A stretch of 11,861 nucleotides of DNA, taken from the NCBI GenBank assembly GCA_029555085.1, contig JAKPTO010000046.1:1-11861 (forward strand), in the 5' to 3' direction. Under the pieces are notes generated by a model. The model ran no database searches and had not been told where the DNA came from. It saw only the letters and a list, made by a program, of their open reading frames with translations. The DNA is from a bacterium. GTDB taxonomy: Bacteria > Patescibacteriota > Patescibacteriia > UBA1558 > S5-K13. The translations under genes and the position numbers were made by a program. Shown here in pieces: positions 1-6,981 of this stretch; within the stretch, counting starts at the first letter, position 1; every line of letters starts with the position of its first letter.

Positions 1-22
1 CTAAACCTTTTAACCAGTGGCT

Positions 23-628
23 TTATTTTAAAGCCACTATTATCTCCAGCCACCCAGTTTTTGAGTGGGGAGATTCTGTATCCATCCCTATATATGTAGA
101 TACAGAGTATCTCCCAACTCTGTAATCCACACTGGGGCCTAAATAAATCGTGTGCCCATTATTTGCTACCCTCCACTCTGAGAGGACTTTCAGAGTATAA
201 GATTTTATTCGATAACCGATGAAGTCGGTTCCAGAGATGGATTTCTCCGACTTCGAAGACACGGATGGAGCTGTTCTTGTGAACAGACTCCAATTATCTA
301 TGCTCCCTATAACGAGAATTTGTCCCGTGTAGGCGGATACAGGGAATTGGTTATCTTTAAGGTTTAGGGTCACATCAGCTTCAGCAGTAGTGCTGATGCC
401 AACCCTACCTAATTTGAAGGAAAGCGATGGACCTGCTCCGAGGATTAACAATCCCCGAGAACTATAAATTCCCTGCCAGGTAACTTTCGGAGCTTTGTGC
501 TGGTATGTTATGGAATAATCCCCAGCAAAGCCCTGTTTGAATTTTACAAGATCTGTGGTTTGGGCGAGTGATATAGAAGTAATCATCACGAGGGCTACGG
601 TAATTACGGTAATAATTATTTTTCTCAT
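23..628 (-). CDS. Hypothetical secreted protein, beta-strand rich (201 aa)
   Basis: Sec-type signal peptide (MRKIIITVITVALVMITSISLA|Q). AGGAGG SD 4 nt before the ATG and its own sigma70 promoter. Alternating hydrophobic/polar beta-like segments (GPSLSFKLG, YLGPSVDYRVG, SVSTYIGM). No family recognised. Confidence 0.8.
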   Translation of the reverse strand: MRKIIITVITVALVMITSISLAQTTDLVKFKQGFAGDYSITYQHKAPKVTWQGIYSSRGLLILGAGPSLSFKLGRVGISTTAEADVTLNLKDNQFPVSAYTGQILVIGSIDNWSLFTRTAPSVSSKSEKSISGTDFIGYRIKSYTLKVLSEWRVANNGHTIYLGPSVDYRVGRYSVSTYIGMDTESPHSKTGWLEIIVALK

Positions 629-632
629 TTCT

Positions 633-638
633 CCTCCT
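633..638 (-). promoter_or_regulatory. Shine-Dalgarno AGGAGG
   Basis: Minus strand reads ctAGGAGGagaaATG. Confidence 0.75.
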
Positions 639-684
639 AGAGAATTTTTTTATTTTTAAGGTTCTTTCTTTTTCTGAATATATT

Positions 685-713
685 ATCATAGCATATCTCA
701 ACTTTCTTGTCAA
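685..713 (-). promoter_or_regulatory. sigma70 promoter for the 23..628 gene
   Basis: Minus strand reads TTGACA (713-708), 17-nt spacer, TATGAT (690-685), preceded by a TGn extended -10. Confidence 0.8.
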
Positions 714-721
714 GTATTGTC

Positions 722-738
722 ATCAACTTTTTGTTGAC
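722..738. promoter_or_regulatory. Putative operator 1 (17-bp palindrome overlapping the -35)
   Basis: ATCAAC-TTTTT-GTTGAC has 5-bp perfect arms (TCAAC/GTTGA) and the same geometry as the site at 794-810. Confidence 0.5.
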
Positions 739-762
739 AACAATATTTTTATGACATATAAT
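734..762 (+). promoter_or_regulatory. Perfect-consensus sigma70 promoter for the TrmB-family gene
   Basis: TTGACA (734-739), 17 nt, TATAAT (757-762). Confidence 0.85.
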
Positions 763-793
763 TATAGTATATATGGGCATTTTATACTCATCC

Positions 794-810
794 GTCAATT
801 AAAAATTGAC
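794..810. promoter_or_regulatory. Putative operator 2 (17-bp palindrome in the 5' leader of the TrmB-family gene)
   Basis: GTCAATT-AAA-AATTGAC has perfect 7-bp arms. Confidence 0.55.
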
Positions 811-868
811 AATTAGAAAACTTGATTTTATGACTTTAATAATAAACTAAATCAGTAATAACAAAAAT

Positions 869-1627
869 ATGTTACAAGATTTAAAAGAATTAGGACTTAC
901 TCCAAACGAAATAAAGATTTATGAATCTTTACTAAAACTAGGGGAAACACCGGTTGGAGGTATTATTAATGATTTAAAAATTCACAGACAAATCGTATAT
1001 AATGCACTTGATGCTCTTGAAAAACGTGGAATGATTTCAAAAACAATGAAAAATAAAGTATATCATTTTAAAGTTACAGATCCGGAAATAATTGTGGAAA
1101 ATATTAAAAAACAAGAGTTAATTGCAAAAAGATTATCCGGGTTTATAAAAGCGGAAGTTAATAAAACAAAAATAGACAACTCAATTGATATTTACAATGG
1201 AAGAGAAGGGGTTAGAAAGTTTCAAATTAATATGATGAATAGTGTGCCTAAAAATGGAACAATATATATAATCCAAGGTGGTGCAACAGCATACCAGCAA
1301 ACAGTTGGATTAGATTTTGTTATCAATAAAATAGATCCGATAAGAATTAAAAAAAATATTTTAATAAAAAATGTAATGTCAGAAAAAGATAGACAAGAAA
1401 ATAAAAAATATTCGGAAAGTTTAAATCCAAAAAGCAAAAAACTTAGACAAGTAAAATTTCTTCCATATCAAAATATTATTAATCCAATATTTACAGATAT
1501 TTGGGATAACCATGTCTCTTTTGTCTCGTCTGGAAAAGATCCATTTGCAATTATTATAAAAAATAAAGAATTTTACGAATCATATGTAGATCACTTTAAT
1601 ATTTTGTGGAAAATAGCGAAAAAGTAA
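869..1627 (+). CDS. TrmB-family transcriptional regulator (winged HTH plus C-terminal effector-binding-like domain)
   Basis: The N-terminus LKELGLTPNEIKIYESLLKLG...IHRQIVYNALDALEKRGMI matches the TrmB HTH pattern. The C-terminus IWDNHVSFVS...AIIIKN...HFNILWK is typical of the family. Confidence 0.88.
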   Translation: MLQDLKELGLTPNEIKIYESLLKLGETPVGGIINDLKIHRQIVYNALDALEKRGMISKTMKNKVYHFKVTDPEIIVENIKKQELIAKRLSGFIKAEVNKTKIDNSIDIYNGREGVRKFQINMMNSVPKNGTIYIIQGGATAYQQTVGLDFVINKIDPIRIKKNILIKNVMSEKDRQENKKYSESLNPKSKKLRQVKFLPYQNIINPIFTDIWDNHVSFVSSGKDPFAIIIKNKEFYESYVDHFNILWKIAKK

Positions 1628-1635
1628 TTTGAAAT

Positions 1636-1660
1636 AAAAAAGAGGACCAATTTCTTTTTT
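1636..1660 (+). terminator. Possible weak intrinsic terminator after the TrmB-family gene
   Basis: AAAAAAGA-GG-accaa-TT-TCTTTTTT hairpin; AT-rich and weak. Confidence 0.3.
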
Positions 1661-1671
1661 GTATTTTATGT

Positions 1672-1699
1672 TTGACGCAAAATTTTTTGGTATTATACT
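1672..1699 (+). promoter_or_regulatory. sigma70 promoter for the ECF sigma gene (very short leader)
   Basis: TTGACG (1672-1677), 16 nt, TATACT (1694-1699). An alternative extended -10, TGgTATTAT, lies at 1688-1696. The ATG is at 1709. Confidence 0.65.
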
Positions 1700-1708
1700 A
1701 GATATATT

Positions 1709-2275
1709 ATGGATAAAATTTTAGACCAAGATCTAGTAGGAGAATATTTAAAAGGTGATGAGGAGTCATTGGAGATTTTGATTAAAAGATATTTAACACG
1801 TGTTTATAATTTTATTTTAAGCATTGTATGTGATAAGGAAATTGCAAATGATATTACGCAAGATGTTTTTGTAAAAGCCTGGAAAAATATAAAAAGATTT
1901 AAAAAAAATAAAAATTTTAAAACATGGCTTTATACAATAGCAAGAAATACCTCGATTGATTACATGAGAAAGAAAAAATATTTAAATTTTTCAGAATTAG
2001 AAAATGATGATAATGAAAATATATTAGAAACAATCAAAAGTGAAGAATTATTACCAGATGAAATATTTGAAATAAAAAATTTGTCAGAAATTTTACAAAA
2101 TGTAGTAAATGATTTACCAGAAAAATACAAAACTGTTTTATTATTATACTATAAAAATGATTTAACTCTCGAGGAAATCTCCAAAATATTAAAAAAACCA
2201 CTTAATACAGTAAAAAGCCAGCATAGACGAGCACTTATTTTGCTAAAAAATAGTTTAAATAATAAAAAGCAATAA
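1709..2275 (+). CDS. ECF (sigma-70 family, group 4) RNA polymerase sigma factor, SigW/RpoE-like
   Basis: Region 2: GDEESLEILIKRY, DITQDVFVKAW, FKTWLYTIARNTSIDYMRK. Region 4: LPEKYKTVLLLYY...LEEISKIL..PLNTVKSQHRRA. 188 aa. Confidence 0.95.
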   Translation: MDKILDQDLVGEYLKGDEESLEILIKRYLTRVYNFILSIVCDKEIANDITQDVFVKAWKNIKRFKKNKNFKTWLYTIARNTSIDYMRKKKYLNFSELENDDNENILETIKSEELLPDEIFEIKNLSEILQNVVNDLPEKYKTVLLLYYKNDLTLEEISKILKKPLNTVKSQHRRALILLKNSLNNKKQ

Positions 2276-2302
2276 TGCACCAAAAGTGCATTTTTAATCG
2301 TA
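2276..2302 (+). promoter_or_regulatory. Candidate ECF-sigma-dependent promoter
   Basis: TGCACC (2276-2281), 17 nt, CGTA (2299-2302). It resembles the Bacillus SigW/SigM/SigX type TGAAAC-N16/17-CGTA and lies 8 nt upstream of ATG 2311. Confidence 0.55.
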
Positions 2303-2310
2303 TTAATAAT

Positions 2311-2712
2311 ATGAAAAACTATAAAGAATTATTTTCACAACTTAAACAAGAACAAACAGATTTAGCGCTTTTTACAACTATAATGTCTAAAATTGATAAA
2401 GAAAAGAGAAGATTAGTCATAATAAGAATAGTATTATTCTCCTCTGGTCTTTTGGGTTCTATAGTAGCTTTTATACATGTTTTTAATGTACTATATGCAA
2501 ATTTAGCACAATCGGGGTTTATGAGCTTTATATCCTTGTTGTTTTCAGATTCAAAAGTTGTGTTATCAAATTTTAGCAGCTTTGTTTTGGTTTTGTTTGA
2601 GAATTTACCAGTTACATGGATTATATTAAGTTTGTTTGCAATTTGGATATTTTTAGATTTGTTGAGGCATTTATTGAGAAATATAGCCTTTATTTATAAA
2701 TATAATAATTAA
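2311..2712 (+). CDS. Putative membrane-bound anti-sigma factor (ORF track starts at 2275; ATG 2311 preferred, 133 aa)
   Basis: Lies directly after the ECF gene. A short soluble N-terminus (LFSQLKQEQTDLALFTTIMSKID) is followed by 2-3 hydrophobic helices. The ATG 2311 context (taataatATG) matches other starts in the window. Confidence 0.6.
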   Translation: MKNYKELFSQLKQEQTDLALFTTIMSKIDKEKRRLVIIRIVLFSSGLLGSIVAFIHVFNVLYANLAQSGFMSFISLLFSDSKVVLSNFSSFVLVLFENLPVTWIILSLFAIWIFLDLLRHLLRNIAFIYKYNN

Positions 2713-2721
2713 TTTAATAAT

Positions 2722-3213
2722 ATGGACCCTAACAAATTCTTTGGATCAAAAACATTTAAAATTATTACAGGTATTTTATTAACTTTTGTAATTTTTTTAT
2801 TAGGATTTCAATTGGGAACAATGGTTGGATTTAAAAAGGCAATTTTTTCTTATAAGTGGGGAGAAAATTATCATAAAAATTTTGCTGGACCGCATGATGG
2901 ATTTATGAGAGGCATGGAAATTATGCGACCTGAGAATAAAAGATTTATAGAGCCACATGGCACAATTGGAGAAATTATAAAAATTGATAATCAAAGTATA
3001 ATTATAAAAGGACAAGATAATGTAGAAAAAATTATAATTATAAAAGATGATACCGCAATTAGAAATTTGAATATGGATGTGAGTATAACTGATTTAAAAG
3101 TTAATGATTTAATTGTTGTGCTTGGATCTCCAAATGATTTTGGGCAAATTGATGCAAAGTTAATAAGAATTATACCGAAGCCAGAAAATATTCCAGCTGA
3201 TCAAAATAAATAA
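2722..3213 (+). CDS. Membrane-anchored protein with C-terminal DUF5666-like (OB-fold-like) domain
   Basis: N-terminal TM helix and a G/M/H/R-rich linker, then GEIIKIDNQSIIIK...DDTAI...DLKVNDLIVVLG..NDFGQIDAKLIRI. Confidence 0.65.
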   Translation: MDPNKFFGSKTFKIITGILLTFVIFLLGFQLGTMVGFKKAIFSYKWGENYHKNFAGPHDGFMRGMEIMRPENKRFIEPHGTIGEIIKIDNQSIIIKGQDNVEKIIIIKDDTAIRNLNMDVSITDLKVNDLIVVLGSPNDFGQIDAKLIRIIPKPENIPADQNK

Positions 3214-3223
3214 TTTAAAAAAT

Positions 3224-5050
3224 ATGATAAAAAGGATTTTTCAATTTTTTTGGAAGAAAAAATTATTATTAGTAATTTTGATAGTAGTTATAGTAGGTTG
3301 TGGGTATTTAGCTTGTACAAAAACAGGGAAAAATGATTCCGTAACAACTTACCTGCTTACAAAAGCCACAAAGGGAATGATAATTCAAACAGTAACTGGT
3401 AGCGGTCAAGTTACTGCATCAAATGAAGTAGAATTAAAACCAGAAGTGTCAGGTGATTTAGTTTATTCAAATATGAAATCTGGTCAAAATGTGAAAAAGG
3501 GAGATATTTTAGCAAGAATTGACTCATCTGAGGCGCAAAAATCTGTAAGAGACGCGCGACTTAATTTAGAATCAGCGCAACTGTCTTTAACAAAATTAAC
3601 AAGCATTGATAACTTATCACTTATACAATCTAAGAATGCTCTAAGTCAAGCCGAGGAATCAAAACAAAAGGCCATAGATAATTTAGAAAAAATATATGAA
3701 GACGCTTATAACAGTGTTTCAAATGCGTTTTTAGATTTTCCAAATACAATAACCGAATTAAAAAATGTTTTATACGATAATGGGATTGGTAGAAGTGAGG
3801 TTTCTATAGGGTCGAATCAGGACAATATCGATGCTTTATTAAACACAACATACCCCTCAGATAGAGATGCGATAGAAGTTTTTCAAAAAAGTGCAGAATC
3901 TGATTATGCAATTGCTCGCCTAAAATATGATTCTAATTTTAATAGTTATAAAAAATCTACAAGATATTCAGATAAGAGTACAATAGAAGCATTATTAAAT
4001 GAAACAATTGAAACGGCAAGATCAATTTCTCAAACAGCAAAAAGTGAAAGTAATTATTTAGATGCCTGGGTTGATTATAGAACATCAAGGAATTGGGAGG
4101 TTTATGCGAAAGTTATTGAATATCAATCTGAAATTGCTTCAAATATCGGTACCACCAACAATCATCTATCAAATTTATTATCAATTCAAAGGTCTATACA
4201 GGATTATAAAGAATCAATAATTAATGCCGATAGAACAATCGAGGAAAAGAAAATTTATTTAAAAGACCTAGAAGCTGGTGCTGATGAATTAGATATAAAA
4301 TCACAAGAATTGAATATTTTGCAGAAACAAGACGCGCTAATAGATGTGCTTGATAATTTAGCTAAATATACAATAAGGGCTCCATTTAATGGATCTGTTG
4401 CTGTTACTAATTCTGATGTGGGTGATTCAATTACATCTGCAACTGTTCTCGCAACCATCATAACTGATCAGAAAATTGCAGAAATTACTTTAAATGAGGT
4501 GGATATTGCTAATATCAAAATAGGACAAAAGTCTACTCTCACATTTGATGCAGTTGAAGATTTAACCTTAACAGGAGAAGTGGTTGAGATTGATACAATT
4601 GGAACTGTAAGTCAGGGGGTTGTAAATTATGTTGTAAAAATAGCATTTGATGCTGATGATGAGAGAATAAAACCAGGCATGAGCGTGGGTGCTTCTATTA
4701 TTACAAATTCAAAACAAGATATAGTTATTGTCCCTAGTTCAGCAATAAAAACAAAAAATGGAAATTCATATGTAGAAATTCCAGATGAAAGTGTAAGTGT
4801 TTCTGATTCCGCAATTAAATTAAGCAAAATTCCAAAACAACAAATAATTGAAGTGGGGCTTTCAGACGATAATTCTGTAGAAATAATTTCGGGTTTAAGT
4901 GAGGGGGACATAATTGTAAAGAAAACAATTACTTCTAATAATAGTTCAAAGATAAATTCCTCTAGTGATAATTCTTCAACACAGAGAATGCAAAGTATTT
5001 TGGGTGGTGATGCTGGTGGACCACCGCCGGGTGGTATGATGATGAGATAA
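3224..5050 (+). CDS. Membrane fusion protein / efflux adaptor subunit (MacA/YknX/HlyD-like) with long helical insertion
   Basis: N-terminal TM. Lipoyl half-motifs (LKPEVSGDLV...GQNVKKGDILARID and TIRAPFNGSV...VGDSI). Beta-barrel motifs (NEVDIANIKIGQ, IKPGMSV, VPSSAI, EVGLSD, EIISGLSEGD). Confidence 0.92.
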   Translation: MIKRIFQFFWKKKLLLVILIVVIVGCGYLACTKTGKNDSVTTYLLTKATKGMIIQTVTGSGQVTASNEVELKPEVSGDLVYSNMKSGQNVKKGDILARIDSSEAQKSVRDARLNLESAQLSLTKLTSIDNLSLIQSKNALSQAEESKQKAIDNLEKIYEDAYNSVSNAFLDFPNTITELKNVLYDNGIGRSEVSIGSNQDNIDALLNTTYPSDRDAIEVFQKSAESDYAIARLKYDSNFNSYKKSTRYSDKSTIEALLNETIETARSISQTAKSESNYLDAWVDYRTSRNWEVYAKVIEYQSEIASNIGTTNNHLSNLLSIQRSIQDYKESIINADRTIEEKKIYLKDLEAGADELDIKSQELNILQKQDALIDVLDNLAKYTIRAPFNGSVAVTNSDVGDSITSATVLATIITDQKIAEITLNEVDIANIKIGQKSTLTFDAVEDLTLTGEVVEIDTIGTVSQGVVNYVVKIAFDADDERIKPGMSVGASIITNSKQDIVIVPSSAIKTKNGNSYVEIPDESVSVSDSAIKLSKIPKQQIIEVGLSDDNSVEIISGLSEGDIIVKKTITSNNSSKINSSSDNSSTQRMQSILGGDAGGPPPGGMMMR

Positions 5051-5055
5051 AACAC

Positions 5056-5736
5056 ATGATTAGACTCGAAAACATAACAAAAACTTATAATTTAGGAGGG
5101 GGTGGATTTACAGCTCTTCGTGGTGTTAGTTTTGAAATTAAAAGCGGCGAGTTTGTTGCTATAATGGGACCAAGCGGATCCGGAAAATCAACTTTAATGC
5201 ATATAATAGGAGCCCTTGATACGCCAACAACTGGAAAATATTTTTTGGAGAAACGAGATGTTTCTCAACTATCAGAAAATAAATTAACAGATATCAGAAA
5301 AAATAAAATTGGTTTTGTTTTTCAATCATTTAATTTATTACCACGCGCTACGGTACTTAGAAATGTAATGTTACCACTTATATATAAAGAAATTGAAAAA
5401 TCAGAAAGAATAAAAATTGCAGAAAAATGTTTAAGGTCTGTTGGGTTCGAAGAAGACCACTTTAAGCACTTATCAAATCAATTATCAGGTGGACAAATTC
5501 AAAGAGTTGCAATTGCACGCGCGCTTGTAAATGATCCAACTCTAATTTTAGCAGACGAACCAACTGGCAATTTAGACACAAATACTGGAGAAATAGTTTT
5601 GGAAACTTTTAAAAAACTAAATAAAGAACAAAACAAAACAATTATTTTAATCACCCACGAACAGGATGTAGCAAATCATGCCGATAGAATAATATTTATA
5701 AAAGATGGGTTAGTTCAATCAGATACAAAAAAATAA
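5056..5736 (+). CDS. ABC transporter ATP-binding protein, MacB/LolD family
   Basis: Walker A GPSGSGKST, Q-loop GFVFQSFNL, signature LSGGQIQRVAIARAL, Walker B LILADEPTGNLD, H-loop ITHE. Confidence 0.97.
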   Translation: MIRLENITKTYNLGGGGFTALRGVSFEIKSGEFVAIMGPSGSGKSTLMHIIGALDTPTTGKYFLEKRDVSQLSENKLTDIRKNKIGFVFQSFNLLPRATVLRNVMLPLIYKEIEKSERIKIAEKCLRSVGFEEDHFKHLSNQLSGGQIQRVAIARALVNDPTLILADEPTGNLDTNTGEIVLETFKKLNKEQNKTIILITHEQDVANHADRIIFIKDGLVQSDTKK

Positions 5737-5737
5737 T

Positions 5738-6955
5738 ATGAAACTACGAGATATAATAGAGGAAACATGTTTTGCGCTTTCCGCAAATAAAGTAAGATCA
5801 ATCCTTACAATACTCGGAATTGTAATTGGAATTAGTTCTGTTATTGTTATGCTTTCAATTGGTCAAGGCGCACAAAATTCTATTACATCAAGAATTGAAT
5901 CAATTGGTTCAAATATGATTACTGTCTATCCTGGGGTTCAAAGAAGTGGAGGAATTAGTTCTGGTCGTGGATCTGCAAAAACTTTAACAATTTCAGATTC
6001 GGATGCTATAGCAAGCGAAGTAACAAATGTAAAAGCAGTTTCTCCCGAAGTTTCGTCACGGTATCAAATAACAGCGAAGGGAACAAATACAAATTCTCAG
6101 GTTTGTGGAGTAACCACTGACTACACAATAGTGAAAAGTTTAGAGATGCAAAGCGGTGATTTTATAAGTTCACAAAATAATTCAAATTATTCGAAAGTTG
6201 CTGTAATAGGACCAGATGTAAGAGATGATTTATTTGGTGAAGACATTGATCCAGTGGGAAAAACAATAAAAATAAATAAAATAAGTTTTCAAGTAATTGG
6301 TCTTACAAAATCAAAAGGCGGAACCGGATTTGGGAGTCAGGATGATATGATTTTTATTCCAATTAGTACTGCTCAAAGATTTTTTACAGGGGATGAATAC
6401 TTGTCATCAATTGCTGTTGCGGCAGAAAATTCAGAGTCAATGACCATAGTTCAAGAAGAAATAACACAATTATTATTAGATAGACACAATATTAGCGATT
6501 CTGCTTCTGCCGATTTTAGAATTTTAAATCAAGAGGATGTTGCTGAGACAGCATCATCCATAGCAAAAACACTCACATTGTTATTAGGATTTGTTGCTGG
6601 AATTTCTCTTATTGTTGGTGGAATAGGAATTATGAACATGATGCTTACAAATGTAACAGAACGAACTCGAGAAATAGGTCTCAGAAAAGCTATTGGTGCA
6701 AAACCAAAAGATATAAGTTTGCAATTTTTAATAGAAGCAACAGTGCTTACTATAATCGGTGGCAATATTGGTATAATTTTAGGATATGTAATAGCTTGGG
6801 GTGTAACATATTTTGGATCAATCGCAACTAAAACAACTATTTTTTCTGCAATACTTGCGTTTTGTGTTTCTACGATCATTGGAATAGTTTTTGGGTATTA
6901 TCCCGCAAGAAGAGCATCAAGATTAAATCCAATAGATGCTCTTAGATATGAATAA
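5738..6955 (+). CDS. ABC transporter permease, MacB/FtsX family (type VII)
   Basis: NKVRSILTILGIVIGISSVIVMLSIGQG, a large extracytoplasmic domain, GGIGIMNMMLTNVTERTREIGLRKAIGA and C-terminal YPARRASRLNPIDALRYE. Confidence 0.97.
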   Translation: MKLRDIIEETCFALSANKVRSILTILGIVIGISSVIVMLSIGQGAQNSITSRIESIGSNMITVYPGVQRSGGISSGRGSAKTLTISDSDAIASEVTNVKAVSPEVSSRYQITAKGTNTNSQVCGVTTDYTIVKSLEMQSGDFISSQNNSNYSKVAVIGPDVRDDLFGEDIDPVGKTIKINKISFQVIGLTKSKGGTGFGSQDDMIFIPISTAQRFFTGDEYLSSIAVAAENSESMTIVQEEITQLLLDRHNISDSASADFRILNQEDVAETASSIAKTLTLLLGFVAGISLIVGGIGIMNMMLTNVTERTREIGLRKAIGAKPKDISLQFLIEATVLTIIGGNIGIILGYVIAWGVTYFGSIATKTTIFSAILAFCVSTIIGIVFGYYPARRASRLNPIDALRYE

Positions 6956-6981
6956 AATTGTTAAATATTAATAATAAAATT

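Noticed and set aside
462-713. 83-aa minus-strand ORF
   Set aside because: It overlaps the better-supported 23..628 gene in another frame. Its 'start' is the TTG of the -35 box and it runs through the promoter.
806-834. Possible second TrmB promoter TTGACA-N17-TATGAC
   Set aside because: The -10 lacks the conserved final T, and TTGAC is explained as a palindrome arm. It cannot be supported over the perfect promoter at 734-762.
2275-2310. N-terminal extension MHQKCIFNRINN of the anti-sigma ORF (TAATG stop-start overlap)
   Set aside because: It looks like translational coupling but coincides with the ECF promoter-like motif, and ATG 2311 has the typical start context. It is not fully excluded.
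3290-3301. Lipobox-like IVGC (Cys26) in the MFP N-terminus, tempting given nearby lspA
   Set aside because: It sits at the end of a normal TM anchor where such proteins commonly have small residues. lspA is 6 kb away in a separate operon. The evidence is insufficient without a predictor or conservation data.
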